In this document: one piece after another, positions 1 through 9,374 of the stretch
How positions within the stretch are numbered: the stretch's first letter is position 1
How the letters are laid out: every line of letters starts with the position of its first letter
Assembly: GCF_000019605.1 (NCBI RefSeq)
Contig: NC_010482.1
Coordinates: 30,001 to 62,000, forward strand
Length of the DNA stretch: 32,000 nt
Direction: 5' to 3'
Source of the DNA: Candidatus Korarchaeum cryptofilum OPF8
GTDB lineage: Archaea; Korarchaeota; Korarchaeia; Korarchaeales; Korarchaeaceae
Translations under genes and position numbers: made by a program
The notes under the pieces: model-generated
Databases searched by the model: none
What the model was told of the DNA's origin: nothing
What the model saw: the letters and a program-made list of their open reading frames with translations, nothing else

Positions 1-123
1 CTCAAGTATAGTCGTTTTCCCAGCTCCGTTGTTCCCTATTATAGCATTTATCCCATCGGCGAAAGTTATATCAGTTTTTTGATGGGATCCGAAGTTTTCA
101 AGCGATATTCTTTTTATCCTCAA
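1..123 (-). CDS. rad50: Rad50 DNA double-strand-break repair ATPase, N-terminal fragment (gene runs off the window)
   Basis: The reverse-complement translation of 1..123 reads (TTG)[40 protein letters not shown]. This is a Rad50 N-terminus with Walker A GNNGAGKT. The TTG start at 123..121 overlaps the mre11 stop (TTGA). Confidence 0.85.
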   Translation of the reverse strand, partial: MRIKRISLENFGSHQKTDITFADGINAIIGNNGAGKTTILE

Positions 124-1289
124 GGCTCCTCCACCATCCTCATGACCTCATTCAGGAAATCCTCTCCCCTCTTCCCCTCCCTGTACCATATGTCGAATAT
201 CCTAATAGCGAGGGATTTGATATCCTCATCTATCTTGAGGGAGCCTATCAATTGAGATATTGTGTCCTCTAGCCCCAGCAACGGGGCCTCATCCGATACC
301 TCTTCCCTCTCCTCAAACCTCTCCTTGACGGCTATGTGGAGGGCATCGCTAGAGAGGGATCTCTTGATCTCCCCAGTTGAGAACCCGGGCTTCAAGGATC
401 CCTTCACCTGGATTCTCCCGCATATAACAGGCCTCTCCTTCCCCTTAATCTCATTCCTTATCCTCTCTATTAGGGAGTAGAGATCCCTCGTGTTCCTTAT
501 GATCTCGGAGAAAGTTATGAAGGGCCTCGTCTCGAGCTTTATCTCCCTAACATCAACGCCATCCCTCTCTATATCCACGGAGAGTATGTACTTGCTTCCA
601 TCCGAAGTGAAGGCCTCCCTCAGCTCAACGATCTCAGTGGATCCGGGGTAGGCGAACACTCTATTCCCACTCCTCCTCACGACCTTATTGTGATAGTGCC
701 CCATAGCGACATAGTTGAAGCTAGTGCTCGCTATATGGGAGAAATCGAGCTCCGGATAAAACGTCTTGATCATCCCCTTAACTCCCTGATGGATCATCAG
801 GACTGAGGGGCAATTGCACAAACTCTTGCATTTTCCCTCCAAATTGCTTATCATAGCCGGGACATCTTTACCCAGGCTCTTGTAGGGTAGGCCAGCCACA
901 ACGAGGTCACCTATCCTCTCAACCTTCGCATTGAGTCTCATGAACAGCTTCCCATAACCGAGCCTATTGAAGAGAGTCTCCATGTTCGCGATAGGGGAAG
1001 TTATCTGCTTTCTCACGACATCTGGCCCCAGCTCGTGGTTCCCTTCTATTATCGCTATCGGTATCCCCCTCTCAGCCAGTTTCATGAGGGATTCGAACGC
1101 CCTAACGAATGCCCTGGGATGGGGCCTGTAGCTATCGAATAGATCCCCAGTATATATGAGTAGATCAGGCTTCTCCGATATAGCGATATCTATAGCCCTA
1201 CTGAAGGATGAGTAGAAGTCCTCCTCCCTCTCAGCTAGATTGAATTGAGCCTTCCCCAAGTGACTGTCCGATAAATGAACTAGCCTCAT
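120..1289 (-). CDS. mre11: Mre11 nuclease (calcineurin-like phosphoesterase)
   Basis: Mre11 phosphoesterase motifs occur in order: [32 protein letters not shown]. The preferred start is ATG 1289 (MRLVHLSD), with AGGTGAT upstream and 1 nt after the herA stop. The track's GTG at 1298 is an alternative. Confidence 0.9.
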   Translation of the reverse strand: MRLVHLSDSHLGKAQFNLAEREEDFYSSFSRAIDIAISEKPDLLIYTGDLFDSYRPHPRAFVRAFESLMKLAERGIPIAIIEGNHELGPDVVRKQITSPIANMETLFNRLGYGKLFMRLNAKVERIGDLVVAGLPYKSLGKDVPAMISNLEGKCKSLCNCPSVLMIHQGVKGMIKTFYPELDFSHIASTSFNYVAMGHYHNKVVRRSGNRVFAYPGSTEIVELREAFTSDGSKYILSVDIERDGVDVREIKLETRPFITFSEIIRNTRDLYSLIERIRNEIKGKERPVICGRIQVKGSLKPGFSTGEIKRSLSSDALHIAVKERFEEREEVSDEAPLLGLEDTISQLIGSLKIDEDIKSLAIRIFDIWYREGKRGEDFLNEVMRMVEEP

Positions 1290-1290
1290 C

Positions 1291-2883
1291 TCAATCACCT
1301 ATGGCTGAGTAATAATCGTCCCTGAAGTCCTTCCTCTCAATTCCCCTCTTCCATAGCTCCCTCGCTTTCAGGCTCTCCCCCCTCCTCTTGGCTTTGGATA
1401 ATCTGACCTTTATGAGAGCTGGTATCTTGAGCATAGGACCGACGACTACCGCTTCCCCTATATCCAAGGACGGGAGGTACTTCACCATATCCTCGCTGAG
1501 GAATTCCGTAGCCCTCCTTATGTATGCCTGGTCCTCAGGTTCTATCACCCTCAATATTATCTTATTGACCATCTGCGAGAGTATGTCCGTGTTTATGCCC
1601 TTAGGCCTCTGACTGACTAAGCAGAGACCAATCCCGAATTTCCTACCTTCTCTAGCTATTTTCGAGGCGGCATAATTCGTGTAAGTGTCCATCATGGAGG
1701 GCACCAGTATATGCGCTTCTTCTATCACTGAGAGCACGGGAATAGGCATCCAAACATCTGACCCCATTCTCCTCTTTTTAGCCCTATCTAGTAGAGTTAG
1801 GAGGGTCTTACCGACGACTATATCCGTTAACTCCGTGTCTAATTGACCCAAATCGACTACGACAAGCTTTCCATAGTTCAAGTGATCGACTATCTCACCG
1901 GCCCGTGAGACTAAAACCCTGGAATACCTCTCCCTCACATGCTCCAGCCTAGCTAAGAGGCTCAATATGCTCTCCCTATCCCTATACTCGTACCTCAGTA
2001 GGTTCTCATCATCAGAGCCACCTTCCTCATCCGCGGAGAGCTTAACTATAGCATGTATACCAGCGAGTAGATCCTGAGGATCGCCATCTATTCCTGCCCT
2101 CCTGATGTAATCCCCTAACTCCTCCCTCATCAAGAGATTTTTCGCATTCTTATGAGCTCTCTTAAGGAATATGTACATTTTAGCGGCAGATTCGTAGGAT
2201 ATACCTATTAATTTAGCCACCTCATCGATGCTAAGTGTTAATGGATCTATCTCGGGCTGTATCGTCTCGACATAGCACCCATCACAATCCAGGGACATGT
2301 TAGAATATTCAGAGTGCACATCGAAAAGTAGAGCCACACCCCCGAGCCTCAGGATCTCCTCAAGTATCACAGCGACTGTGTTTGATTTCCCAGCGCCCGT
2401 GACCGCTAGAATAGCCAGATGCCTTGAGAGTATCTCATCGGGATCTAGGTAAACATCGACGTCATCCCTAGTCATCAAACTCCCTATCCTTATCCCGTCA
2501 CCATCGTTCGGTTTGAAGATCTCGGTCAAAATATTAGTTGGGGCTCTTTTGACATCCGCTGCAGGCGATACAGGTATCTTGGGCGTCCCGGAGATGTTGC
2601 TCCCATCTAGAACCCCTATCATCTTTATAGAGGCTTTTATCCAATTGGAAGGCCTCTCAATCAACTTAAGGATCTTATCGTAATAATTCGCCTGAAGGAG
2701 ATCCTCCCTCTCGAGCTCGGAGGCTCCCATGATGACGTCAGTTATCATACCGAGTACCCTGACGTCCCCATCCTCCAGTATGACGTACTCACCGACCCTC
2801 GGGATCACGCCTTCATAAGCCACCATCTGCACCGAGAGGGGCGTGGTGCCCGGGGCGACTTTGCCCAAGGAGTCACTCCCCAA
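1291..2883 (-). CDS. herA: HerA hexameric DNA helicase/translocase (FtsK-HerA superfamily)
   Basis: The protein is 530 aa with Walker A LAVTGAGKSNT, Walker B LSVIEEAHILVP and a VSQRP region. It has an N-terminal barrel-like segment. The TTG start is preceded by GGGAGGGAGGT. It overlaps the nurA stop by 11 nt. Confidence 0.9.
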   Translation of the reverse strand: MGSDSLGKVAPGTTPLSVQMVAYEGVIPRVGEYVILEDGDVRVLGMITDVIMGASELEREDLLQANYYDKILKLIERPSNWIKASIKMIGVLDGSNISGTPKIPVSPAADVKRAPTNILTEIFKPNDGDGIRIGSLMTRDDVDVYLDPDEILSRHLAILAVTGAGKSNTVAVILEEILRLGGVALLFDVHSEYSNMSLDCDGCYVETIQPEIDPLTLSIDEVAKLIGISYESAAKMYIFLKRAHKNAKNLLMREELGDYIRRAGIDGDPQDLLAGIHAIVKLSADEEGGSDDENLLRYEYRDRESILSLLARLEHVRERYSRVLVSRAGEIVDHLNYGKLVVVDLGQLDTELTDIVVGKTLLTLLDRAKKRRMGSDVWMPIPVLSVIEEAHILVPSMMDTYTNYAASKIAREGRKFGIGLCLVSQRPKGINTDILSQMVNKIILRVIEPEDQAYIRRATEFLSEDMVKYLPSLDIGEAVVVGPMLKIPALIKVRLSKAKRRGESLKARELWKRGIERKDFRDDYYSAIGD

Positions 2884-3973
2884 GTACCTCCCTCCCGCTA
2901 ACGAGATCCAAGTGTAAGTTCTTCGTCAAGAACTGGATCAGCTTCCTCCCGACCTTCGCCATTTCATGAGCTATCCTCAGGTGATACGGGTACCCTTTTA
3001 TTGAATCTCTGGCGAGGGATCCCAATATCTCCCCAATATCCTCACGATCCCCCAGAACCTCTATCCTCAGGACGTTAGCTCCTCTCTCCAGCCTCGCATA
3101 AGTTAGCTTAATTGGATATGAGCTATCTATACCGTGATACTGGAAGTCCAAATTCATAGAAATAGGTTTGAGGAACCCTGGCCTCATTTCATAGCACCTC
3201 CTAACTATCTCAATATCGGGGATCTCCGATCCGAAATAAGCATTACTCCCCGATCTCTTAGATATCGCTACAACGTTCTTAGACATACTAAGGAGCTTAT
3301 TCATCGAGTAAAGGAATTCATATCTCTCCAAATAAGCTCTGGCCCTCAGGAGCTCATCTTTCCTCAGGGTCCCCCCGCTCCCCTCCAGGACTTCCCCTAT
3401 CATAGCGTCTATCTCCCTCGAGTACTCCTGACTATGGGTCAGGGGGACGAACCCACTCGCGAGATCGAGCCCCATACCCTCTATTCCCATAAGCAGTTTA
3501 TCCAGGAACTTCCTCACGTCGCTAGCCGGATACCTCGAGCCGAATGGTGTGGCCCATATATCCCCATCTACAAATGCTTTAAGCGATCCATCAAGCAGCA
3601 GGAGATCTGGGTTAAGCGATTCGACCGTTCTAATGGCCATTTTTACCTCCATCGTCTTCCTGCATATTGAAACCCTCTCATTATGCGCGAAAGCATCTAG
3701 AACGCCCATATGGTATTTCCTAGATCTCCTAATCCCCTCATCCCTCTGGAAGAGGGAGGAGGAAGTTAAGAACATCACCTGACCCTGGTTCAAGAAGAGT
3801 ATGCCGCTCCCCCCGTCCACAGCAGCTATATTCTCATGAGATCCCTCAGGGATCTCCTCCCACTCCAACTTGTACTTGCTCTTCTCGATGTTGAGGGAGC
3901 TCAGGATACTTCTACTCATCCTGATGAACGCTTCTTCAGGGGACTCGAAGGGGAGCTCATCTTCCAATGGCAT
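2873..3973 (-). CDS. nurA: NurA 5'-3' nuclease
   Basis: NurA-like motifs AAVDGGSGILF and LLLLDGSL are present, and the gene lies directly upstream of herA. The track ORF runs to 4186, but its first ~71 codons overlap the divergent acdA gene and look non-protein-like. ATG 3973 (MPLEDELP) lies ~25 nt from a minus-strand TTAAAAAT element. ATG 4012 is an alternative start. Confidence 0.7.
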   Translation of the reverse strand: MPLEDELPFESPEEAFIRMSRSILSSLNIEKSKYKLEWEEIPEGSHENIAAVDGGSGILFLNQGQVMFLTSSSLFQRDEGIRRSRKYHMGVLDAFAHNERVSICRKTMEVKMAIRTVESLNPDLLLLDGSLKAFVDGDIWATPFGSRYPASDVRKFLDKLLMGIEGMGLDLASGFVPLTHSQEYSREIDAMIGEVLEGSGGTLRKDELLRARAYLERYEFLYSMNKLLSMSKNVVAISKRSGSNAYFGSEIPDIEIVRRCYEMRPGFLKPISMNLDFQYHGIDSSYPIKLTYARLERGANVLRIEVLGDREDIGEILGSLARDSIKGYPYHLRIAHEMAKVGRKLIQFLTKNLHLDLVSGREVLGE

Positions 3974-4001
3974 TATTTTATAGTCCGTTAGCCCATTTTT
4001 A
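3973..4001. promoter_or_regulatory. Putative bidirectional promoter region between nurA and acdA
   Basis: A plus-strand TTATTTTATA (3973..3982) sits upstream of acdA. A minus-strand TTAAAAAT (3994..4001) sits upstream of nurA ATG 3973. The spacing fits archaeal TATA-to-start distances. Confidence 0.4.
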
Positions 4002-4022
4002 ACGTAACCCATGAGGGGGAGC

Positions 4023-5402
4023 ATGAGCCTGGATGTCTTCTTCAAGCCTAGATCCGTAGCTATAGTGGGCGCATCTAGGAGCGAGGAGAAGGTGGGGCAT
4101 GTCATCCTGAGGAGGATGGTGGAAATAGGATTCGAGGGGAAAATATATCCGATAAATCCAAATGCAGATGAGATTTTAGGGATCAAATGCTACAAGTCTA
4201 TCTCAGATATACCTGAAAGCGTTGACTTAGTCGTAGTAGCTGTCAGGGCAGATGCTACGCCCGCAGTAATAGAGGAGGCAGCCGATAAAGGAGCGAGAGG
4301 AGCTCTAGTGATCTCAGGCGGGTTCTCTGAGGTGGGGAACTGGGAGCTGGAGAGGAAGCTCGTTGAGGTTGCGAGGAAGAGAGGTATAAGGGTCATTGGA
4401 CCGAATTGCCTCGGGATATTCGACCCCAAGGACAAAATAGATACACTCTTCCTCCCCGAGAGAGTCATACCGAGGCCAGGGGAGGGGAAAATAGCTGTGA
4501 TCACACAGAGCGGTAGTTTGGGAAGCACTGTGCTCACTATGATGAGGAAAGAGGGTATGGGGATAAGTAAATTCGTGAGCTATGGTAATAGGGCGGATGT
4601 GGATGAGGGTGAGCTATTGGAATATCTCATGGAAGACGAGGATACCCAGGTGATAGCTGCATACATAGAGAGCGTGGCTGACGGGAGGAAGTTCATGGAG
4701 TCCATGAGGAGGGCATCCAGGAGGAAGCCGGTAGTAGTCCTGAAAGGGGGCAAGACGTCATCGGGCGATAGGGCCGTGAGGAGTCATACGGGATCGATGG
4801 CTGGGAGCAGTGAGATATTCCACTCCGCTGTGAAGCAGAGCGGGGGAATAGTTGTAAGCAGCTTAGGGGAATTCTTGGATTCAACTCAGACGTTGGTATC
4901 GCAACCCCCAATGTCGGGAGATAGAGTGGCTGTGATAACTAACGGGGGAGGCTTCGGGATATTAGCTGTGGATGCCCTCGAATCGATAGGCTTCAGGTTG
5001 AACCCGCCTTCCGAACGGCTTGAGAGGAAGCTCAGGGAGATACTCCCCCCTTATTATCCCGTTGGCAATCCGACGGATCTGACTGGTGACTCGACGCCGG
5101 AGCAATTCCTGGAGGTCGGCAGCATATTCTCTGAGAGCGGTGAGTACGATGCCCTCTTCATAATTCCCTTGCTCGGGGTACCTGCTATGATACCGGATAG
5201 GACTCTGAAAGCATTATCGGAGCTCCTGAAATCCTCGAAGATACCTATCGTCGCTGTAGCAGTACCTACGACCGATGAAGTAGATTCCATCCTGAGGGAA
5301 TTGAAGAGGAGGGGATTGCCAGTGTTTCCCACGCCGGAGAGGGCTGCATATTCCCTCCTCTCGCTCAAAAAATACGGAGAAGCCCTCAAAGGTAAGTCTT
5401 AA
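4023..5402 (+). CDS. acdA: Acetyl-CoA synthetase (ADP-forming), alpha subunit / CoA-binding succinyl-CoA-synthetase-like protein
   Basis: The N-terminus carries a CoA-binding Rossmann segment (MSLDVFFKPRSVAIVGASR) and the phosphohistidine loop is SHTGSMAG. About 460 aa is typical of ACD alpha. ATG 4023 is preceded by GAGGGGGAG. ATG 4011 is an alternative start. Confidence 0.85.
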   Translation: MSLDVFFKPRSVAIVGASRSEEKVGHVILRRMVEIGFEGKIYPINPNADEILGIKCYKSISDIPESVDLVVVAVRADATPAVIEEAADKGARGALVISGGFSEVGNWELERKLVEVARKRGIRVIGPNCLGIFDPKDKIDTLFLPERVIPRPGEGKIAVITQSGSLGSTVLTMMRKEGMGISKFVSYGNRADVDEGELLEYLMEDEDTQVIAAYIESVADGRKFMESMRRASRRKPVVVLKGGKTSSGDRAVRSHTGSMAGSSEIFHSAVKQSGGIVVSSLGEFLDSTQTLVSQPPMSGDRVAVITNGGGFGILAVDALESIGFRLNPPSERLERKLREILPPYYPVGNPTDLTGDSTPEQFLEVGSIFSESGEYDALFIIPLLGVPAMIPDRTLKALSELLKSSKIPIVAVAVPTTDEVDSILRELKRRGLPVFPTPERAAYSLLSLKKYGEALKGKS

Positions 5403-5512
5403 GTAAAAATTCAGGGGTCTTAGCGGGATCTCAGGGGGTCAATACATGCTGAAGGTGACCCTTGAGAGGCTCATCTTTTTATCCCTATGAGGGTTTAGGT
5501 AGAGGTGATCGT

Positions 5513-6220
5513 ATGTCCGGATTCTGGGATAGATTGAGAGCGAATGTGGAGGCTAAGTTGAACAAGCTTTTTGACAGATTTGAGGATCCGAGGGAGCAGC
5601 TGGATTATGCTTATGATAAGCTCGTTCAGCAGCTGCATGACGTTGAGATGGCATTATCTAGAGCGATAGCTGCTAGGAAGAAGCTGGAATTCGAGTTAGA
5701 GAGGTTGGACGAAAGGATAAACGATATGGACGATAAAGCTAAGAGGGCCCTTAAGGCGGGTAGGGAGGATTTAGCTAAGCAAGCTCTGGAGAGGAAGCTA
5801 GTCCTAGTTCAGCAGAGGGAAACCATAAGTAAGAGGATAGATGAGATGAAGCAGGATGAGGAAAAGATGCTCGCTTTGAGGGATAATTTAAAGACTAAGA
5901 TAGAGCTCTTCAAGGCCAAGAAAGAGCAGCTTAAGGCAGAATATGAAGCATCGAAGGCTCAAGTCGAGGTTCAGGGGATGATAACGGGCCTATCCGATGA
6001 CTTCGCATCAGCCGCTAGGATAATTGAGAGATCTGAGGAGAAAATTAGCGATATGAAGGCGAGAGCAGCAGCGATAGACGAATTGATAGCTACTGGAGGG
6101 GCTCTAGACTTACTGGAGCCGGAGGAGAGGGATGCCATAGAGAAGGAGTTAGGCAAGATAGAGATGCAGAGTCAACTAGAGGAGGAGCTTAAGAAACTGA
6201 AGGAGGAAATTGGGGGTTAA
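5513..6220 (+). CDS. pspA: PspA/IM30 (Vipp1) family membrane-remodelling protein (ESCRT-III superfamily)
   Basis: The N-terminus MSGFWDRLRANVEAKLNKLFDRFEDPREQLDYAYDKL is a classic PspA start and is followed by long coiled coils. ATG 5513 is preceded by GAGGTGAT. The track's TTG at 5462 adds an unlikely 17-aa extension. Confidence 0.85.
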   Translation: MSGFWDRLRANVEAKLNKLFDRFEDPREQLDYAYDKLVQQLHDVEMALSRAIAARKKLEFELERLDERINDMDDKAKRALKAGREDLAKQALERKLVLVQQRETISKRIDEMKQDEEKMLALRDNLKTKIELFKAKKEQLKAEYEASKAQVEVQGMITGLSDDFASAARIIERSEEKISDMKARAAAIDELIATGGALDLLEPEERDAIEKELGKIEMQSQLEEELKKLKEEIGG

Positions 6221-6623
6221 ATTGCCCTCAATATCCGATATCTTATCTTATCTACTCTCAGCAGTGCTCATATTTTTTGGCTTGATATTCCTGATAGCTA
6301 GTACGATCGAACCCATGAGAGTGCTACCGGGGATAGCACTAATGGGCTTGGGGGGCTTGATCATCTACCTCAGGCATATGCTGAGGGAAGCCGAAGCCTC
6401 TGAGGAGAAGTTAGAGGCAGCCGTCATAAGGCTAGCTAAGAGGAAGGGTGGATTCGTCTCAATAGCAGATGTATCCTCTGAGCTGAACTTACCAGTGGAG
6501 CTCGCGAAGAAGATATTGGAGGGGCTCGAGAGGAAGGGATTGGCCTTCCTCGATTTCAAAAAGATAGGGGACGAAGGGGTGGAAGTTTATAGGATACTCG
6601 GAGCCTCCGAGGAGGAATCATGA
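6210..6623 (+). CDS. Membrane-anchored (2 TM) protein with a C-terminal winged-helix-like domain
   Basis: Two hydrophobic helices (ILSYLLSAVLIFFGLIFLIA and LPGIALMGLGGLIIYL) precede a segment resembling a wHTH (GGFVSIADVSSELNLPVELAKKILEGLERKGLAF). The start is TTG at 6210, after AGGAGGA, or TTG at 6222. It overlaps or abuts the pspA stop. Confidence 0.6.
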   Translation: MGVKLPSISDILSYLLSAVLIFFGLIFLIASTIEPMRVLPGIALMGLGGLIIYLRHMLREAEASEEKLEAAVIRLAKRKGGFVSIADVSSELNLPVELAKKILEGLERKGLAFLDFKKIGDEGVEVYRILGASEEES

Positions 6624-6944
6624 GACTGGTGTCCCAGGCGGGACTTTCTCCTCGGGTTCAATGAGGACAGGTCTACCATTGACTACAGCCGCTAGCAGCA
6701 TGCCTTGGGACTCAACTCCCATGAACTTCCTCCTCTCTAAGTTCGTCACTACAACTATCTGCCTCCCTATGAGATCCTTCGGCTCATAGAACTCAGCTAT
6801 GCCCGCTACGAGCTGTCTCCTCTCACTGCCCAGATCTACTACTAATCTAACTAACTTCCTGCTCCCCTCTATCCTATCAGCCTCTATTATCTCCCCTATC
6901 CTTATATCAAGCTTCTTGAAATCCGAGAAAGGGACGTAACTCAT
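6618..6944 (-). CDS. tRNA-binding domain protein (Trbp111/CsaA/MetRS-C-terminal-like OB fold)
   Basis: The sequence FKKLDIRIGEIIEADRIEGSRKLVRLVVDLG...VVTNLERRKFMGVESQGMLLAA matches the EMAP/Trbp111 tRNA-binding OB-fold pattern. The protein is 108 aa. Confidence 0.85.
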   Translation of the reverse strand: MSYVPFSDFKKLDIRIGEIIEADRIEGSRKLVRLVVDLGSERRQLVAGIAEFYEPKDLIGRQIVVVTNLERRKFMGVESQGMLLAAVVNGRPVLIEPEEKVPPGTPVS

Positions 6945-7028
6945 GATGTCACCTCATCGAATCCCCACGCTCACATGTTTTTAAAGGGCTACTGGGCATA
7001 TCCTCGCTAAGACCTGAAGAGGTCAGAG

Positions 7029-8306
7029 GTGATGAAAGTGGCTAAGATATCCATAACATGCTTAGGGGGAACTAGGGAAGTTGGGAAGAGCGCTATACTA
7101 CTCGAAGCCGGAAGAACGAAGGTCCTGCTGGACTACGGGATGAAGTTAATACCCAAGCAGCACCCAGAGTTCCCCCCGATCCCGGAGGAAGTAGACGCTG
7201 TGCTCCTCACGCACGCTCACCTAGACCACTCCGGCGCATTGCCCAGGCTCGTGAGTCACGGCATGGAAGTGCCCATCTACGCTCTGGACATAACGAAGTA
7301 CTATACGGAGCTCCTGCTCTACGATTCGATAAAAGTAGCGAAATTGAAGGGCCATAACTTGGGATATGGGGCAAGAGATGTGAACAAGACCTTGGAAAAC
7401 TTCAGGACTATAGATTTCAATATCCCGTTCAAAGTGGGCGATCTCGAAGTCACTGCTATAGATGCGGGACATATACCGGGGAGCGCCATGTTCCACATAA
7501 GTTACGATGGCACCTCCCTGCTCTACACTGGGGACTTCAATACTGTGGAATCGAGGCTCATGCCTCCAGCTAGGATAGAGGACGTCCCTAAAGTGGATAT
7601 ACTGATAACTGAAACGACTTATGCGAAGAAGGAGCACCCACCTAGGGATAAGCAGGAGATACTCTTGAAGGAGACAGTGATGGAGACTTTGAACAGCGGG
7701 GGCACAGCTATAATAGCTGGCTTCGCTATAGGCAGACTGCTGGAGGTCGCGATGGCCCTGAGGGCTAGGGGCTTCAAGGGGGACATATTCCTCGATGGCA
7801 TGGCTAAGAAGAGCACTGAGATAACTTCGGAGTTCTCAAATAAGGTCAGGAATTATGAGGAGATGAGCTTGACGATAAGAAGCATGATCCCCGTGAGGGA
7901 TTGGGGGATGAGGGAGAGGGTAGCGAAGAGGCCCAGCGTCGTGCTCACGACATCGGGCATGCTTGAAGGAGGGCCCGTACATTACTACGTTAAGGAGAGG
8001 AAGGAAGATGAGAGCAGCACTCTCATCCTCACAGGCTATCAGGTCGATGGATCCGAGGGGAGGAGGCTTTTAGAGGAGGGGAAGATGGAGATAGATGGAG
8101 AAGACAACTGGGTTACGATGAAGGTAAATCAGCTCAACTTCTCAGCTCACGTGAGTAGGTCCGGCATCTTGAAGACGATAAGGGATCTCAACCCGAGGGA
8201 GGTAGTAGCGGTCCATGGCGATAGGGCTGATGAATTCGCTGATGAGCTAGATAAGGTCGGAATAGCGGCATATTCGCCTGAAATGGGAGAGACAATTGCT
8301 TTTTAA
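7029..8306 (+). CDS. Beta-CASP metallo-beta-lactamase RNase, aCPSF2-like (no KH domains)
   Basis: The HxHxDH motif is THAHLDHSGALP. Later motifs are consistent with MBL/beta-CASP (DAGHIPGS, TETTY, AVHGD). The protein is 425 aa. ATG 7032 directly follows GTG 7029. Confidence 0.8.
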   Translation: MMKVAKISITCLGGTREVGKSAILLEAGRTKVLLDYGMKLIPKQHPEFPPIPEEVDAVLLTHAHLDHSGALPRLVSHGMEVPIYALDITKYYTELLLYDSIKVAKLKGHNLGYGARDVNKTLENFRTIDFNIPFKVGDLEVTAIDAGHIPGSAMFHISYDGTSLLYTGDFNTVESRLMPPARIEDVPKVDILITETTYAKKEHPPRDKQEILLKETVMETLNSGGTAIIAGFAIGRLLEVAMALRARGFKGDIFLDGMAKKSTEITSEFSNKVRNYEEMSLTIRSMIPVRDWGMRERVAKRPSVVLTTSGMLEGGPVHYYVKERKEDESSTLILTGYQVDGSEGRRLLEEGKMEIDGEDNWVTMKVNQLNFSAHVSRSGILKTIRDLNPREVVAVHGDRADEFADELDKVGIAAYSPEMGETIAF

Positions 8307-9373
8307 CCCCTACTCCTCAATATGAATTCAAGCGGGTAAACCTGGAGGACCTTCCTCTCCTCGGTCGGCATTACCTCGATAAGCCTCCCGTCTAACCCGA
8401 GCTTTTTTATCTCTTTAGAGGCTTTTTCAAAAGAATCTGCTCTCATCAATAGTTTCCCACTCTTGTAATGGCCCCCGTACTTCCTGAAGATTATCATGAG
8501 CTTCTCCTCGGGTCCGCTGACCTCCCCGTATATGAGAGTACCCTCATCCGTCGGCATCTCGTAATCCCTAGCGACATTGGATGCCCTCCTGATCCACCTC
8601 ATCCTCACCTGATATTCCTTCTGGGAGGCCGGGCAGAAGTAACCCATTATCCCAGTCTCCCTCTCCAAATATTCTAGCACTCTCCTAGCGGCTTCCGCGC
8701 TCCCCTCAACTCCAACTTCATCGTCGATCCTCGGCCTCATACCCATTCTCAAGAGGTTCTCTCTGTTTGAAGGTGTGAATTCGAGCTCATTTAGGTTCAA
8801 AAAATCAGCGCCTACCTTATCAAGGAAGCCCGAAAGTAGGATGAGCTTCCTCATCCATCCCTCCCCGGGGATCGATGGCATCTCAGCCCCCACCGAGAAT
8901 CCGAAGGAGACAGCCATTCTTATCTTCTCCCACTTCCTCTCATCCCACGTGTGGAACCTTATCTCATCTACCCCAGCATCGTAGAGAATCGATAGCGCCC
9001 TCTCATCTATACCGATAGAATTGGTGTAAAGATGGACATGAAAATCCCTTCCGAATCTCTCCTTAAGCAACTTAACGTATTCGTAAACCCTATCGGGCAC
9101 GATCGTTGGCTCTCCCCCAGTTATCCCAACTCCTAGAGAGGAGTTGTATTCTATCTCCTCAATGAGAGAGGATTCATCCTCGATAGTCCTCTCGTTCACG
9201 ATTATAAGGTCTCCCTTACCCCTCCTCCAATCGGCTATCGTGCAGTAGAAGCAGCTCCCGTATAAGGGACACTCCCCGGTTATGAAGAGGACGCTCTTGG
9301 CTCCCTTCCAGCAAAGATCGCATCCCTTACTCCATCCCCTCACTCTGAGGGCGCCTAAAGGAAGTTCCTCCAT
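8303..9373 (-). CDS. Radical SAM protein (PflA-related family of unknown function) with a non-canonical CX5CX2C motif
   Basis: The cluster motif reads GECPLYGSCFYC (C-x5-C-x2-C) and the GGE SAM motif is GITGGEPT. Extra N-terminal cysteines occur at CDLCW. The gene follows ahcY after a 1-nt gap. Confidence 0.75.
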   Translation of the reverse strand: MEELPLGALRVRGWSKGCDLCWKGAKSVLFITGECPLYGSCFYCTIADWRRGKGDLIIVNERTIEDESSLIEEIEYNSSLGVGITGGEPTIVPDRVYEYVKLLKERFGRDFHVHLYTNSIGIDERALSILYDAGVDEIRFHTWDERKWEKIRMAVSFGFSVGAEMPSIPGEGWMRKLILLSGFLDKVGADFLNLNELEFTPSNRENLLRMGMRPRIDDEVGVEGSAEAARRVLEYLERETGIMGYFCPASQKEYQVRMRWIRRASNVARDYEMPTDEGTLIYGEVSGPEEKLMIIFRKYGGHYKSGKLLMRADSFEKASKEIKKLGLDGRLIEVMPTEERKVLQVYPLEFILRSRG

Positions 9374-9374
9374 C

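Noticed and set aside
262-480. Antisense ORFs from the track. Examples are 262..480, 1388..1612, 3134..3670, 3549..3782, 4190..4537, 4693..4911, 5054..5389, 5971..6156, 6365..6559, 7221..7637, 7619..7816, 9439..10068 and 14076..14603, plus many others not listed.
   Set aside because: Each lies entirely inside, and opposite to, a gene with strong family motifs. Their translations are Ser/Pro/Leu/Arg-rich and low in complexity, as expected for antisense frames of coding DNA.
3974-4186. N-terminal 71 codons of the 437-aa nurA track ORF
   Set aside because: This stretch overlaps the divergent acdA coding region and promoter. Its translation (MIPKISSAFGFIGYIFPSNPISTILLRMTCPTF...) looks like an antisense artefact. 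Better-placed ATGs exist at 3973 and 4012.
5462-5512. Upstream TTG extension of pspA (MRGSSFYPYEGLGRGDR)
   Set aside because: The PspA family N-terminus begins at MSGFWDRL, and ATG 5513 has GAGGTGAT just upstream. The extension covers the likely promoter (CTTTTTAT).
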